From: Leucoraja ocellata
Lineage: Eukaryota
Assembly: GCA_036785375.1 (NCBI GenBank)
Contig: JAWMAR010000007.1
Location: 10,974,001 to 11,038,000, forward strand
Reading direction: 5' to 3'
DNA: 64,000 nucleotides
Positions 37,301-48,113 of the stretch are shown one piece after another. Every line of letters starts with the position of its first letter. Position 1 is the stretch's first letter. The translations under genes and the position numbers were made by a program. The notes under the pieces were generated by a model, which had not been told where the DNA came from, searched no databases, and saw nothing but the letters and a program-made list of their open reading frames with translations.

Positions 37301-38217
37301 CAGTTTAAAGCCACCCGTGTAGCAGTGGCAAACCTGCCTGCCAGAATGCTGGTCCCACACCTGTTAAGATGCAATCCGTCCCTTTTGTACAGTTCCCCCT
37401 TACCCCAAAACAGATCCCAGTGATCTAAGAATCTAAATCCCTGCCCCGTGCACCAGTTCCTCAGCCACATGTTCAGGTCCCGTATCTCCCTGTTCCTGCT
37501 CTCGCTAGCATGGGGAACTGGAAGCAAACCGGAGATAACAACCCTGGAGGTCCTGCTTTTCAACATTTTTCCGAGCTCTCTAAAGTCACGCTGCAGAATA
37601 TTCATCCCCTTTTTTCCGACATCGCTTGTGCCGACATGCACTGCCACTTCCGGATGTTCACCTTCGCCCTTGAGGATTTTCTGCACTCTGTCCGTGACAT
37701 CCTGGATCCTGGCACCAGGAAGGCAGCACACCATCCTCGCATCCCGTCTGTTGCCGCAGAAACCCCTGTTCATACCTCTCACGATGGAGTCTCCCACTAC
37801 AATGGCCTTGCCTGCCTTAGGCCTTTTTGGTTTTGGCTCAACAGCCCTATTCGCATCGCAAGCCAGTCCGCCGCTCACGTCTTCTGTCCCAACAGCTTCT
37901 AAGCGGATGAACCTGTTTACAAGAGGTACCCCACCCGGGGATGTTGGCATTCCATGCTTCCTTCCCTTTCTCACTGTCTCCCACCTTCTCTCTTCCAGTA
38001 CCTTAGGTGTAACAATCGTACTGTACGACTTGTTGAGGAACGACTCCATTTCTCGTACGAACTGGAGGTCGTCCACTTGCTTCTCCAGTTCCCCAACACG
38101 GTCCTTCAAGAGCTCTACCTGGATGCACTTTTCGCATTTGTAGCAGCCAGAGGCACCAGCGGTGTCCTTGACCTCCCACATACTGCAAGCATCGCACTGT
38201 ATCAGCTTGCCTGATAT
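37300..38217 (-). pseudogene. CR1 ORF1, copy B (start ATG mutated to ATA)
   Basis: Same protein as 2574-3491; plus strand reads cctgatatc rather than cctgacatc. Confidence 0.85.
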
Positions 38218-39483
38218 CTCCTTCTTTGGTCTCTACCTCTCAAGCGTATTGCGTGGTCTCCTCTCCTCAGCCTCCTCGCCGAAGACTCTTGAGCCAAAGA
38301 CTCACACTTTACTCGCAAGACCGCTCACTCACTGCCGCTCACTAAGAACTGTCCTGCTTAAATTGACTGATAAATTACCTGATTTACCATTTTACAAAGC
38401 AAACTCCTCAGTTTTCAACTGTTTTCACCCCTCTGACTCATTTCTCTCTTCCCACTTGGGCTAGAGCCAATCAGTCGTATCTCTTGCTAATCTGCTGCTG
38501 CTGTTGTTCCTCCCAAATCTACAGCAGTTCTGAACAAAGACTGTGCGTCCTCGGCCTTTAACTGTTTTCACCCCTCTCCTCCCACTTGGGCTAGAGCCAA
38601 TCAGTCGTATCTCTTGCTAATCTGCTGCTGCTGTTGTTCCTCCCAAATCTACAGCACAACGTTGTGTTGCTGCTACTCAGGAGGGTTTAATCTAGTTTGT
38701 CAGAAGGTTGGGAACTGGAGCAGGTGGAGGAATTGAATGGGATGTAGACATCAGCTTAAGACTGATCAGAAGAGCTGGCGGGGCCAGGTTAATAAACGCA
38801 GTGGAACTGATGGGCTGAAGTATGTTTATTTCAATTCTATGTGTATTATGTGTAAGGCAGATGAATGTAGAGTTTGGATTAATGCATGGAACTATGATGT
38901 TGTGGCCATTAGAGTTTTGGTTGAGCGAGGGGCAGGACTGGCAGCACAATGTTCCAGGGTTTTAGGCATGATTTAGCAGCATTGTAGGTTATATAAAAAT
39001 GCAACCAGGCCACCTGCAATTACTCTATTCAATTTGATTTGAGAATTCTGCATATTATTTATAAAGAAGATGAAGTTACATTTACAGTTACATTTCACCG
39101 CTCTAAAGCAGCGCAGGAGGGTCAGGGACAGATGGGTCAGAGTGGGAGTGGGATGGAGAAACATGGTCACAGATGTGTAGGAAGGTACTGCAGATGCTGA
39201 TTTATACCGAAGATAGACACAAAATGCTGGAGTAACACAACGTGCCAGGCAGCATCTATGGAGAAATGGAATAGATTCTACTTCAGGTCTGAAGAAGGCT
39301 TCCATTCACAAACATTACCTACTACTTTTCTCCAGAGATGCCCGCATGATCTGCTGAGTTACTCCAGCATTTTGTGTCTATCAACATGGTCACAGACACA
39401 GGTAAAGTATTGATAAAAATAAATGTGGGTAATGCATCCGACCAATGAATAATGTCCATATTTTAAATCTTTCTCTATCCGAG

Positions 39484-39850
39484 GTGATGTCAGCGCATCT
39501 ATGGTGATCGGGAAGAGAGGAGGTGGTGCCACACTGAACTGCAACTTCAAACACTCGAGTGCAAATAGCAGGGTGATCACTATCCTCTGGATGAAGGGGA
39601 CTCCATGGGAAGAGTCCGTTGTCTTTAAACATACCCGCTCCTACGCCACGTGGTCCCGGCACTGACAATGTAAATAGAGGAGGTCGCTATGAGCTGGTGG
39701 GAAACGTAGACAATGGAGATGCCTCCATCAGAGTGAGGGGACTCATGTTGAATGACACCAACAACTATTTCTGTCATGTTTGGACCTGGAATTCCCCTCT
39801 GAAGAAAAATTATCAGGTGACTCAGGATGAGATGGGACTACAGGTTTTGG
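39484..39850 (+). pseudogene. V1 exon, copy B, frameshifted
   Basis: Splice sites intact but 367 nt. A 2 nt loss near 39650 (gccacaagcggt vs gccacgtggt) gives TGA at 39663-39665. Confidence 0.88.
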
Positions 39851-42807
39851 GTAAGGAAACAGTCATTGTTGAGAAGTAAATGATAAAATCACATTGAACA
39901 ACTGTGAAAAGAATGAGCTTCGTTCTGTTTCGTCTCTGAATATTTCACTCCATTCTCCCGCTGGGTCTCTTTCAAATCTTCACCCCTTCCTGGTTCTCCC
40001 CCTGCACCAATGAATAACAGTGACGTTTATCCCTCTTTAGGCTTCAGCCACCATCTTGGAGCGATGGTGATAATGTATCTGGAGATACGTGTGTGTGCGG
40101 GAGAGAATAGACAGGTTGATCATTTCAGCTGCCATTTGTTGAGTCTACTTTCTTGTGATTGGCTTCACTTTCTAGTGGTTAAACATAGATAAACATCATG
40201 TCTAATATCCATTGCGGGTGTTGATGGGAGAATCATGGGACCTCCAGTGACATTGTTGTCAGCCTCTGGTTCCGGTAATGGGGGAGGGGAGAAGAGAGAG
40301 TAACTCGGGTGTGAGTGATCCTTCATTATGTTGGCTGCTTCCCCAATGAATAAATGCAGTTGATGGGCGGGGGAACGAGGGAAAACCTTTTATTCATTGT
40401 ACATGGTTAATCCTGAGCTTTCTGGTGCTTGTAATCTTAATCATTCCTGCAATTCCCCCTCTGACTATTTTTTGTGACTTCCTTATAACCAGTCTAATGC
40501 AATTTGAAGAACAGGGCTCTCTGCATCATTGCAGACTCCATTTAATTCAAGAATTTTGGATGATACTTTTTCTCTCTTTTATCAGAACTAACCAGTTGTA
40601 CTGAAGATAAGCAAAATGGAATATTAATCAGTTATACTCTGAACAATTATTGCAACTTAAAATAAGTTAGCTGAAGTTGCAGAGGTTGTATAGAGGGGTG
40701 GATTGGAAATAGGAAATATCTATGAAAGGGTGAGTCTAGGTTTGCTGTTGATGAAATTATCTGGTTGATAAATTAAGGAAGGAAACTGGAGACAGAGAAC
40801 ACAAACAAAGATAGAAACAGAGCTGCAAAACGCACGTCAGCTGCACGAAACACGCTGCAGATCAGGCAGCGTCAGTGGAGAGAGGAGAACTGAGTCAGTA
40901 TTGCAGATGGATAACCTGCTGCAGAACTTCTGTTACAAACAGCGAGAAAGTTACCAGAAATTGTTGTATTCAATGTTGACTCAATGGTTCAATGGGGCAA
41001 CCGTGAATAGAGACATTTCTGGTGACTTGCTCGCTGTTTGTATCAGAACTGGCGAGTTCTACAGCATCTGCGATACTGACTCAGTTCTCCTGAAGAAGAG
41101 TCACGACCCGAAACGTCACCGATTCATTCTATCCAGAGATGCTGCCTGCCCGCTGAATTACTCCAGCATTTTGTGTCTATTTTCGGTTCAATGGTTTCTT
41201 TATTATCACATGTAGCAAGTACAGTGAAATACTTTTTTGCATACAGATCAGTAAGAATATCACCGTACATAAATAAGCACAATCCCCCCGGTTAGTACAT
41301 CATGTACAGAAGAACCCACTGAGTCTGGGCAACAGTTGCCATTTTGCACCATTTTACAGTCCTCGATGCAGTGGCCACAGAGGCCCCATTGCAGCCGCCG
41401 CCTCCATTCCAGTTGTCCTGGAATGTTGACCCTCACCCTGGACAGTCCTATTCAGCCCTTCTTCCCCAGGGGTGGTGTGTGGTGGGGGGGGGGGGCTCCT
41501 CCCGCAGATGAGATTAGCGAACGGAAGTTAAAAACGCCTCCACCCCTCCTGAGTCGGTTAACCAGGCATTTTCTGGTTGGCTGCCAGTTACTAGCAGAGT
41601 TCCGCAGGGCTCGGTGCTGGGGCCGCTGCTCTTCACGTTGTATATTAATGATTTGGATGAGGGGATTGAAGGCTTTGTGGCCAAGTTTGCGGTTTATACA
41701 AAAATAGGTGGATAGGCAGGTAGTGCAGAGAAAGCAGGGTCTCTGCAGAAGAACTTGGATAGGTTGGAGAGTGGGCAGAGAAGTGGCAGATGGAAAGGTG
41801 TGGAAAAGTGTGGAGTCATGTATTTTGGTAATAGGATTAAAGGCGTTGGTTACTTTCTAAATGGGGAGAGAATCCAGAAATCGGAGGTGCAAGGTGACTT
41901 GAGAATGCTGGTGCAGGATTCACAAAAAGTTAATCTGCAAGTTGAATCAGTTGTAAAGAAAGCAAACGTAATGCTAGCATTTATTTCGAGAGGGTTTATA
42001 TGCAAAAGTAGGGATGTAATGCTGAGACTCTTTCAGGCGCTGGTCAGGCCACATTTGGAATATTGTGAGCAATTTTAGGCACCATATCTGAGGAAGGATG
42101 TGCTGGCTCTGGAGAGGGTCCAGAGGAGGTTCACAAGAATGATCCCAGGAATGAGTAGGATAACATCAGATGAATATTTGACGGCACTGGGCCTATGTTT
42201 GCTGCAGTTTAGAAGAATGAGGGAGGACGACATTGAAACAGACAGAATAGCGAAAGGCTAGGATGTGGAGAGGATGCTTCCACTAGTGGGAGAGTTGAAG
42301 ACGAGAGGTTTTAGCCTCAGAATTAAAGGACGTTCTTTTAGGAAGGAGATGAGGATGAATTTATTTGGTATGAGGGTGGTGAATCTATGGAATTCATTGC
42401 CACAGATGGCTGTGGAGGCAAAGTCAGTGGATATATTTAAGGCAGAGATAAGTAGATTCCTGATTAGTGCAGATGTCAGAGGTAATGAGAAGTGCTTCGG
42501 GTGCAGAACCTAAGACCCGCCCCCTCCCCACCTAATTCAGTTAACCGCGCCTTTAGTCACACTCCATCCTCCTCTCCAGTTCCTGGTCTTCAAGGTCAAG
42601 GCTCCATCCTGGCCAGACTGAAGCTGAGATGTCTTTACTTGAGATTGGCCCTTCTTAGAATAGTGCAGGTCAGGAACAGGTGGATCAGAGTGGAATGGGA
42701 TGGAGAATCCAAGTCACAAGTATGGATGAACTATTGATAAAGACTGTATGGTTATTGTATTCAATTACTAAATCATATTCACACTTTAAAACTCTTCTCT
42801 CTGCAAG

Positions 42808-43170
42808 GTGATAATGACAGAGCATCCATGGTGATTGGGAGGAAGGGTGCGACTGCCACACTGCCCTGCTCCTTCAGTCCCTCGAACAGGAATCCCAGCT
42901 CTATCATCATCAGCTGGATGAAGGGGAATCCACCAAAATGGTCTGTTGTCTTTCGCGACACTTCTCCCCGCCCAGCAGCAAATCACATTCCTGAAAATGT
43001 GAATATAGAAAATCGATATGAGCTGGTGGGAAATCTGGAGCAGGGAGACGCCTCCATCAGAGTGAAGGGACTCAAACTGGATGACGCCAGTGATTACTCC
43101 TGTCACGTTTATGTCAGGAATTCAGGGTTGACGACTGTGACTCCGGATGAGATGAAACTGCAGGTTGTGG
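42808..43170 (+). CDS. Ig V-set exon V2, copy B (intact)
   Basis: AG/GTAAG intact, 363 nt, open frame. Confidence 0.88.
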
Positions 43171-44287
43171 GTAAGGAAACGTATGTTATGCTGTAAACGA
43201 TAATATCATATTGAACAACCTTAGGAGGAATGAGCTCCCACTGACAGTGTAGACCAGCACAGGAACAGGCCCTTTGGCCCGCAATGTCTGTATCGAACAT
43301 GATGCTACGTTAATCTCGTCTACCTGCAGGTGATGCATTTCTTCCATTATCTGCATTTCAAAAAGTCTCTAAAACTCCACTATCGTAGCTGCCTCCATCA
43401 ACCCTAACAGTATTTTCCAGGCACCCACCACCCTCTGTGTAAACAATAACTTTCCCCACATATCTCCTTTCATCTTTTCCCATCTGTCCTTATCATAATG
43501 CCGTCTATTCGTTGACATTTCCGCCGTAGGCAAAACGTTCTGACTCTCTCTCCTATCCATGTCTTTCATATTTTTATAAACTTTCAGCAGTCCAGACTTT
43601 CAGCAGTATCTTCTTCTTGACCTGAAACGTGACCCATCCTTTCTCTCCAGAGATGCTGCCTGTCCCGCTGAGTTACTCCAGCTTTTTGTGTCCATCTTCG
43701 GTTTTAACCAGCATCTGCAGTTCCTTCCTACACATCTTGTATTCAGTCCCTTGACCAATGAAAGCAAGAAAACTGTACACGTTTTTAACATTTGCCATTT
43801 TCAGGGAGTTATGGAATTGGATCCCAATATTTTTCTGTACATCAGTGGTATTAAGGGTCTTGCCCTTGTATATTTTCCACTTGCATTCAACCTCCTAAAG
43901 ACAACACTTCACATATGTTCGGATCAAACTCCATCTGCCATTTTTCTGCCTATATCTGTATTAGATTAAAATTTGTAGTATCTTTCGACAGTTCTACGTT
44001 CATCTGTCTTCCTCATGATACTCTTGCATTGTCAATGAGCAACACTACAGCCCATGTGTGGGTTTGATATTTGAGCTGCCACTTATGTGGACTGCACTCT
44101 TACGATTGGCTTCACTTTCTCATGTTTGAACAGAGGTGAACGCCACTGTCTCATCTCCAATGTTAGTGTTGACGGGAGACTTGTGGCATCTCCAGTGATA
44201 TTGTCATCAGCCTCTAGCTATGGTGGTTTGTGTCAGGTAATATTGACTTTTGAGGCAGTTCTGGCCAGTTCTTATACTTAACAGTAA

Positions 44288-44950
44288 AGGGCTTGTCCCA
44301 CTTAGGTGATTTTTTAGGCGTCTGCCGGTGACTGTCCTGGTCGTAGCAGGTTGCCGAAAAACCGGCCACTGGACCCCCCCTACGACAATGTCTACAACAA
44401 TCTACCACCTAGTCGACGTTAAGCCATGACAACCGGCGACTCAATCGTCACGACTTAGGACGTCCACCTACGACCACACCTAGACAACCTACGACCACAC
44501 AGGTGACAACCTACGATAACTCATCAACCGACCTCCCACCGCGACAAGCTACGACAAGTTACGACCCTGTCGGTGACAATTGAAGACTTCTCTTGACGCC
44601 GGTAGCTGTTGCCGGTTGACGCAGGTTGACGTAGGTAGTCCCCAAATGAATTCATCGAAGTCAGCAGCAGCGACAACATACATCATCCTGGCAACAACCT
44701 ATGTTATCCTGGTGACAACTTACGACAGCACCTACGTCAGGAGAAGACAAGCTACGACAAGCCCAAGATCGCTGAGTGTCGCCAAAAAGATTTGAACATT
44801 TCAAAATCCTGCGGCGACCAGAAAAACGCTACGGATCTTTGGGCGACTTGAGGAGACGACTCACGACCCTACATGTGACACCCGGCAACCGTGTGGTGAC
44901 CGCCTAGTCGCCCGTTGTCGCCTAATAATCGCGTACGTTGGACAGGCCCT
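44288..44950. mobile_element. PIF/Harbinger-type MITE (paralog of 9863-10528)
   Basis: Same TIRs and TAA TSD. Confidence 0.85.
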
Positions 44951-45179
44951 TAAGCAAGTTATTGAAATTGTTGTATTAAATGTTAACACAAAAGCTTCAT
45001 GCTGCCCAGACAGAAGATGAGGTTGCTTGAGATTGGGCCTCGTTAGAACAGTGCAGGAGGTCTGAGACAGACAGATCAGAGCGGGAGTGGGATGGGGAAT
45101 CAATGTCACAGGCATGGATGATGTATTTTTATAAACCATGTGGAATAGATTGTTTAAATACAACTTTTCTCTATACAAG

Positions 45180-45542
45180 ATGGAAAGAAGAACACATCGA
45201 TGGTGATTGGGAAGAGAAAAGATTCAGCCACACTGCCCTGCTCCTTCAGCCCCTTGAACAAGAATCCCAGCCCCATCACTGTCCGCTGGATGAAGGGGAA
45301 TCCACGGGAAGAGTCCACAGTCTTTAATCACACCCACCCCCACTCTGTGAACCCTCCCTCCACTGTCACTGTAAAGGGAGGAGGTCGATATGAGCTGGTG
45401 GGAAAACTAGACCAGGGAGACGCCTCTATCAGAGTGAAGGAACTCAGACTGGACGACAGCAGTGACTATTTCTGTTACGTTTGGGTCAGGAATTACACAC
45501 AGGAGACGGTGACTCAGGATGAGACTAAACTGGAGGTTGTGG
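45180..45542 (+). CDS. Ig V-set exon V3, copy B (intact)
   Basis: AG/GTAAGC intact, 363 nt, open frame. Confidence 0.88.
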
Positions 45543-46125
45543 GTAAGCAAATATCTGTCTGTGTTGTGCTGTGAGCGATAAAATCACATTAACAACTGTA
45601 AGAGGACATGAGATCCACTGACAGCTGGAGCCGAGATCAGCCCAATCCATTGTAGGTTCCATTCCTTGCACCGGGCTTCCCTTGCTCAGCACTGCCCCTA
45701 GTGGGTGGAAAACAGTGCTGATTCCAGCCAGGATGCACGGAGCTCCCTGTAGCAGGATCAGAGATTCAGAACCACATTCACCAGCTGAACCTCCAGTCCC
45801 TGTGTCTGTGACATGGTCTGTGTTACAAAGATCCACAGACGGCCCTGGGGTATCATCCGTCTCTTTCATTCACATCGACTCCGGGATCCTGTATGTTCTC
45901 TCACTGAATATTACATAGAACAGTACAGCACAGGACCAGGCCCTTTGGCCTGCAATATCTGTGCAGAATATAATGGTTCTGTAAGTTAAACTAATATCAT
46001 CTGCTGACACATGATCCATATCCCTCCATTCCCTGTAGATCCATGTGCTTCTAAAAGACACCGTCATATCTGCAAATATTTCACTGCAGTCTCCTAGATG
46101 TGTCCTTCCAATCCCCATTCAGATG

Positions 46126-46336
46126 GATCCAGAGAAACTACTGACTGTGGGAAAGCTGCTTCACCTCACGCTGCCAGGGAAATACACGTGTGTGGCTGAG
46201 AATGAACACCAGATGGACACGCGTGAGATTCGCGTAATCGAGGATGGACGAAGTGATGAAGTGTTGGCCATTCGGGCTGCCATTTATGCCGTCTATTTTC
46301 TTATAATTGGCCTCACATTCTGCTGGTTGAAGAGAG
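46126..46336 (+). pseudogene. C2/TM exon, copy B, 5' half and acceptor deleted
   Basis: cagatgGAtccagag joins copy A positions 11705 and 11933 (227 bp lost). The remainder encodes DPEKLL..KYTCVAENEH..TM. Confidence 0.88.
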
Positions 46337-47386
46337 GTGAACGTCTCCATCTCAGTTCCATTGCCGGTGTCAACAGGAGGGATGCTGCACCTCCAGTGAC
46401 AGTGTCAGGTTCTTTTGTTGTGGATCAGGCAGTGTAACTTCGGAGATAAACCATGCTACATTCCCGCAGCTATGACCGTGTGTCTGTGGGGTACATGCAG
46501 CTGTCCTCACGTCAGTCTGACTCAGCGGCCCCTCCCTCAGTAGTGTATCTGATACTTTTGCTACTGCATTGCTGCTGATTCCTGCATCCACATAGAACTC
46601 AAATTTCACATGGCTCTTAGCTGTCTTCCTGCATCCTAATCCATGGCTTAATCTCTACATTAGCTGACAGTGGCCTTAGCAGCTTTGAATCATTTCATCA
46701 ACTTCTTTGCTAATTCTTTCCCCAAGGCAGAGCAAGAATAGCTTTTCCCTGATCCTCATTTCCCACCCACTAGTCTCTGCATTCAGTGGATCAACCTTTA
46801 TAGCTTCTGTTACCATCAGTGCTGGTACACCAACAGACACATCTTCCACCTGCCTACACTTTCAGCATCCTGAGGGGTCCTTTCCCTTTGCGACTCCATC
46901 ATCTGCTCTTCCATTCCATTCAACCATTTACTCGGAACAGTGCATGGTGTAGCTTTCCAGGCTAGACTGTGCAATCAACAATATCGGTGAGCTCACTTTC
47001 TCTGTCTGTGTCAAAGCTGGTCAGCTGTGTTGTAGATAATCCATCTGCATTATGAACTTGTTTTCCTCTCTCTACGGGCACGGCCTGATCTGTGGCCATC
47101 TCCTGTAGCTCTGGCTTGCTTTTGCAGTTTCTACATGCTGTCTTTCTAAATGCCCAGATAGCTTTGTCAATCATTTATTACTATGGACACCAGGCCTTTC
47201 CCCTATGTCATTCCTTTTTCGCTGTCCCTCTCTCATTATCTCACTCTTTCTGTGCCAACAATCTTTTTTATTGTCTCAGCTATTCAATCAGAAGCATGAA
47301 CTCTTTCTCTCTGCACAGATGCCGCCTGACCTGTTGAGTATCCTTTGCACTCTGGAGAAACATTCCCTTTTCCTTGCGGATCACAG

Positions 47387-47413
47387 GTGTTCCCTGCAAT
47401 ATGGAGCGTGCGT
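47387..47413 (+). CDS. Candidate 27 nt cytoplasmic micro-exon (GVPCNMERA)
   Basis: ttcccttttccttgcggatcacAG acceptor and GTAAGC donor, phase 1-1, downstream of the TM exon; no homology support. Confidence 0.35.
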
Positions 47414-48107
47414 GTAAGCTGAAACCACATAATATTTTTTTTGCACTAATTCCAAGAGTGAATATTTTATTCTGCATCTCATATTTTTCACTGGTGATTT
47501 GTGAATTCTGCAAGGGAGAATTTCCATTACTGGAACAGCCGGAATATGGGCTTTACCCAAATTGGACTGGTGGTTGGGTTCAAGGATTGGGCACGTCTTG
47601 TAACATGAGATGAGATCTCCTGGTAAAGGGCGATGTCTACATTGAAGAATCTGGAATTCAGTTCACTTGTGTCTGAAGCCCGTGTGCTAAACTTTAATTA
47701 AGGCATTTACAATGGTGTGATGCAGTTGGTTAAAGTAGTTTCAAAATGATAGAAAATGCCTAGAGTAATGTTGTGAAGTTTATTTAAAAGAGGATTGGGA
47801 GATTGTAAGACTGAAGTAAACATCTTAAAAAATTATGAGGACAGGGTTGATGGAGAAAATTGGTAAATATAAAAGAGATGAAAGGAGCTTCTGCAAGTAT
47901 ATAAAAGGAACAGTCTCCAAAGCAAACAATGGATGAAAGCACCAAACGTACTGCAGAGACGCTGTCTGACGATGCAAAGATAGGTGAGTTAGCAAGTGAT
48001 GAGGACACAATAGGCCGGCACAGACATATAGATGGTTAAGGGAGTGGGGAAAAAATCAGCTGAATTAGTATGATGGGGGGGAATGTACCCTGTAATGTTT
48101 CTTGTGC

Positions 48108-48113
48108 AATAAA
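48108..48113 (+). terminator. Candidate polyadenylation signal, copy B
   Basis: AATAAA followed by a T/GT-rich tract, about 600 nt after the candidate last-exon acceptor at 47514. Confidence 0.4.

Larger units (their letters stand above)
34222..38656 (-). mobile_element. Full-length young CR1 LINE, copy B
   Basis: 3' tail (ttctatgt repeats) at about 34222-34237, RT ORF 34356-36269, endonuclease pieces 36270-37360, ORF1 37300-38217, repeated 5' UTR. Confidence 0.96.
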
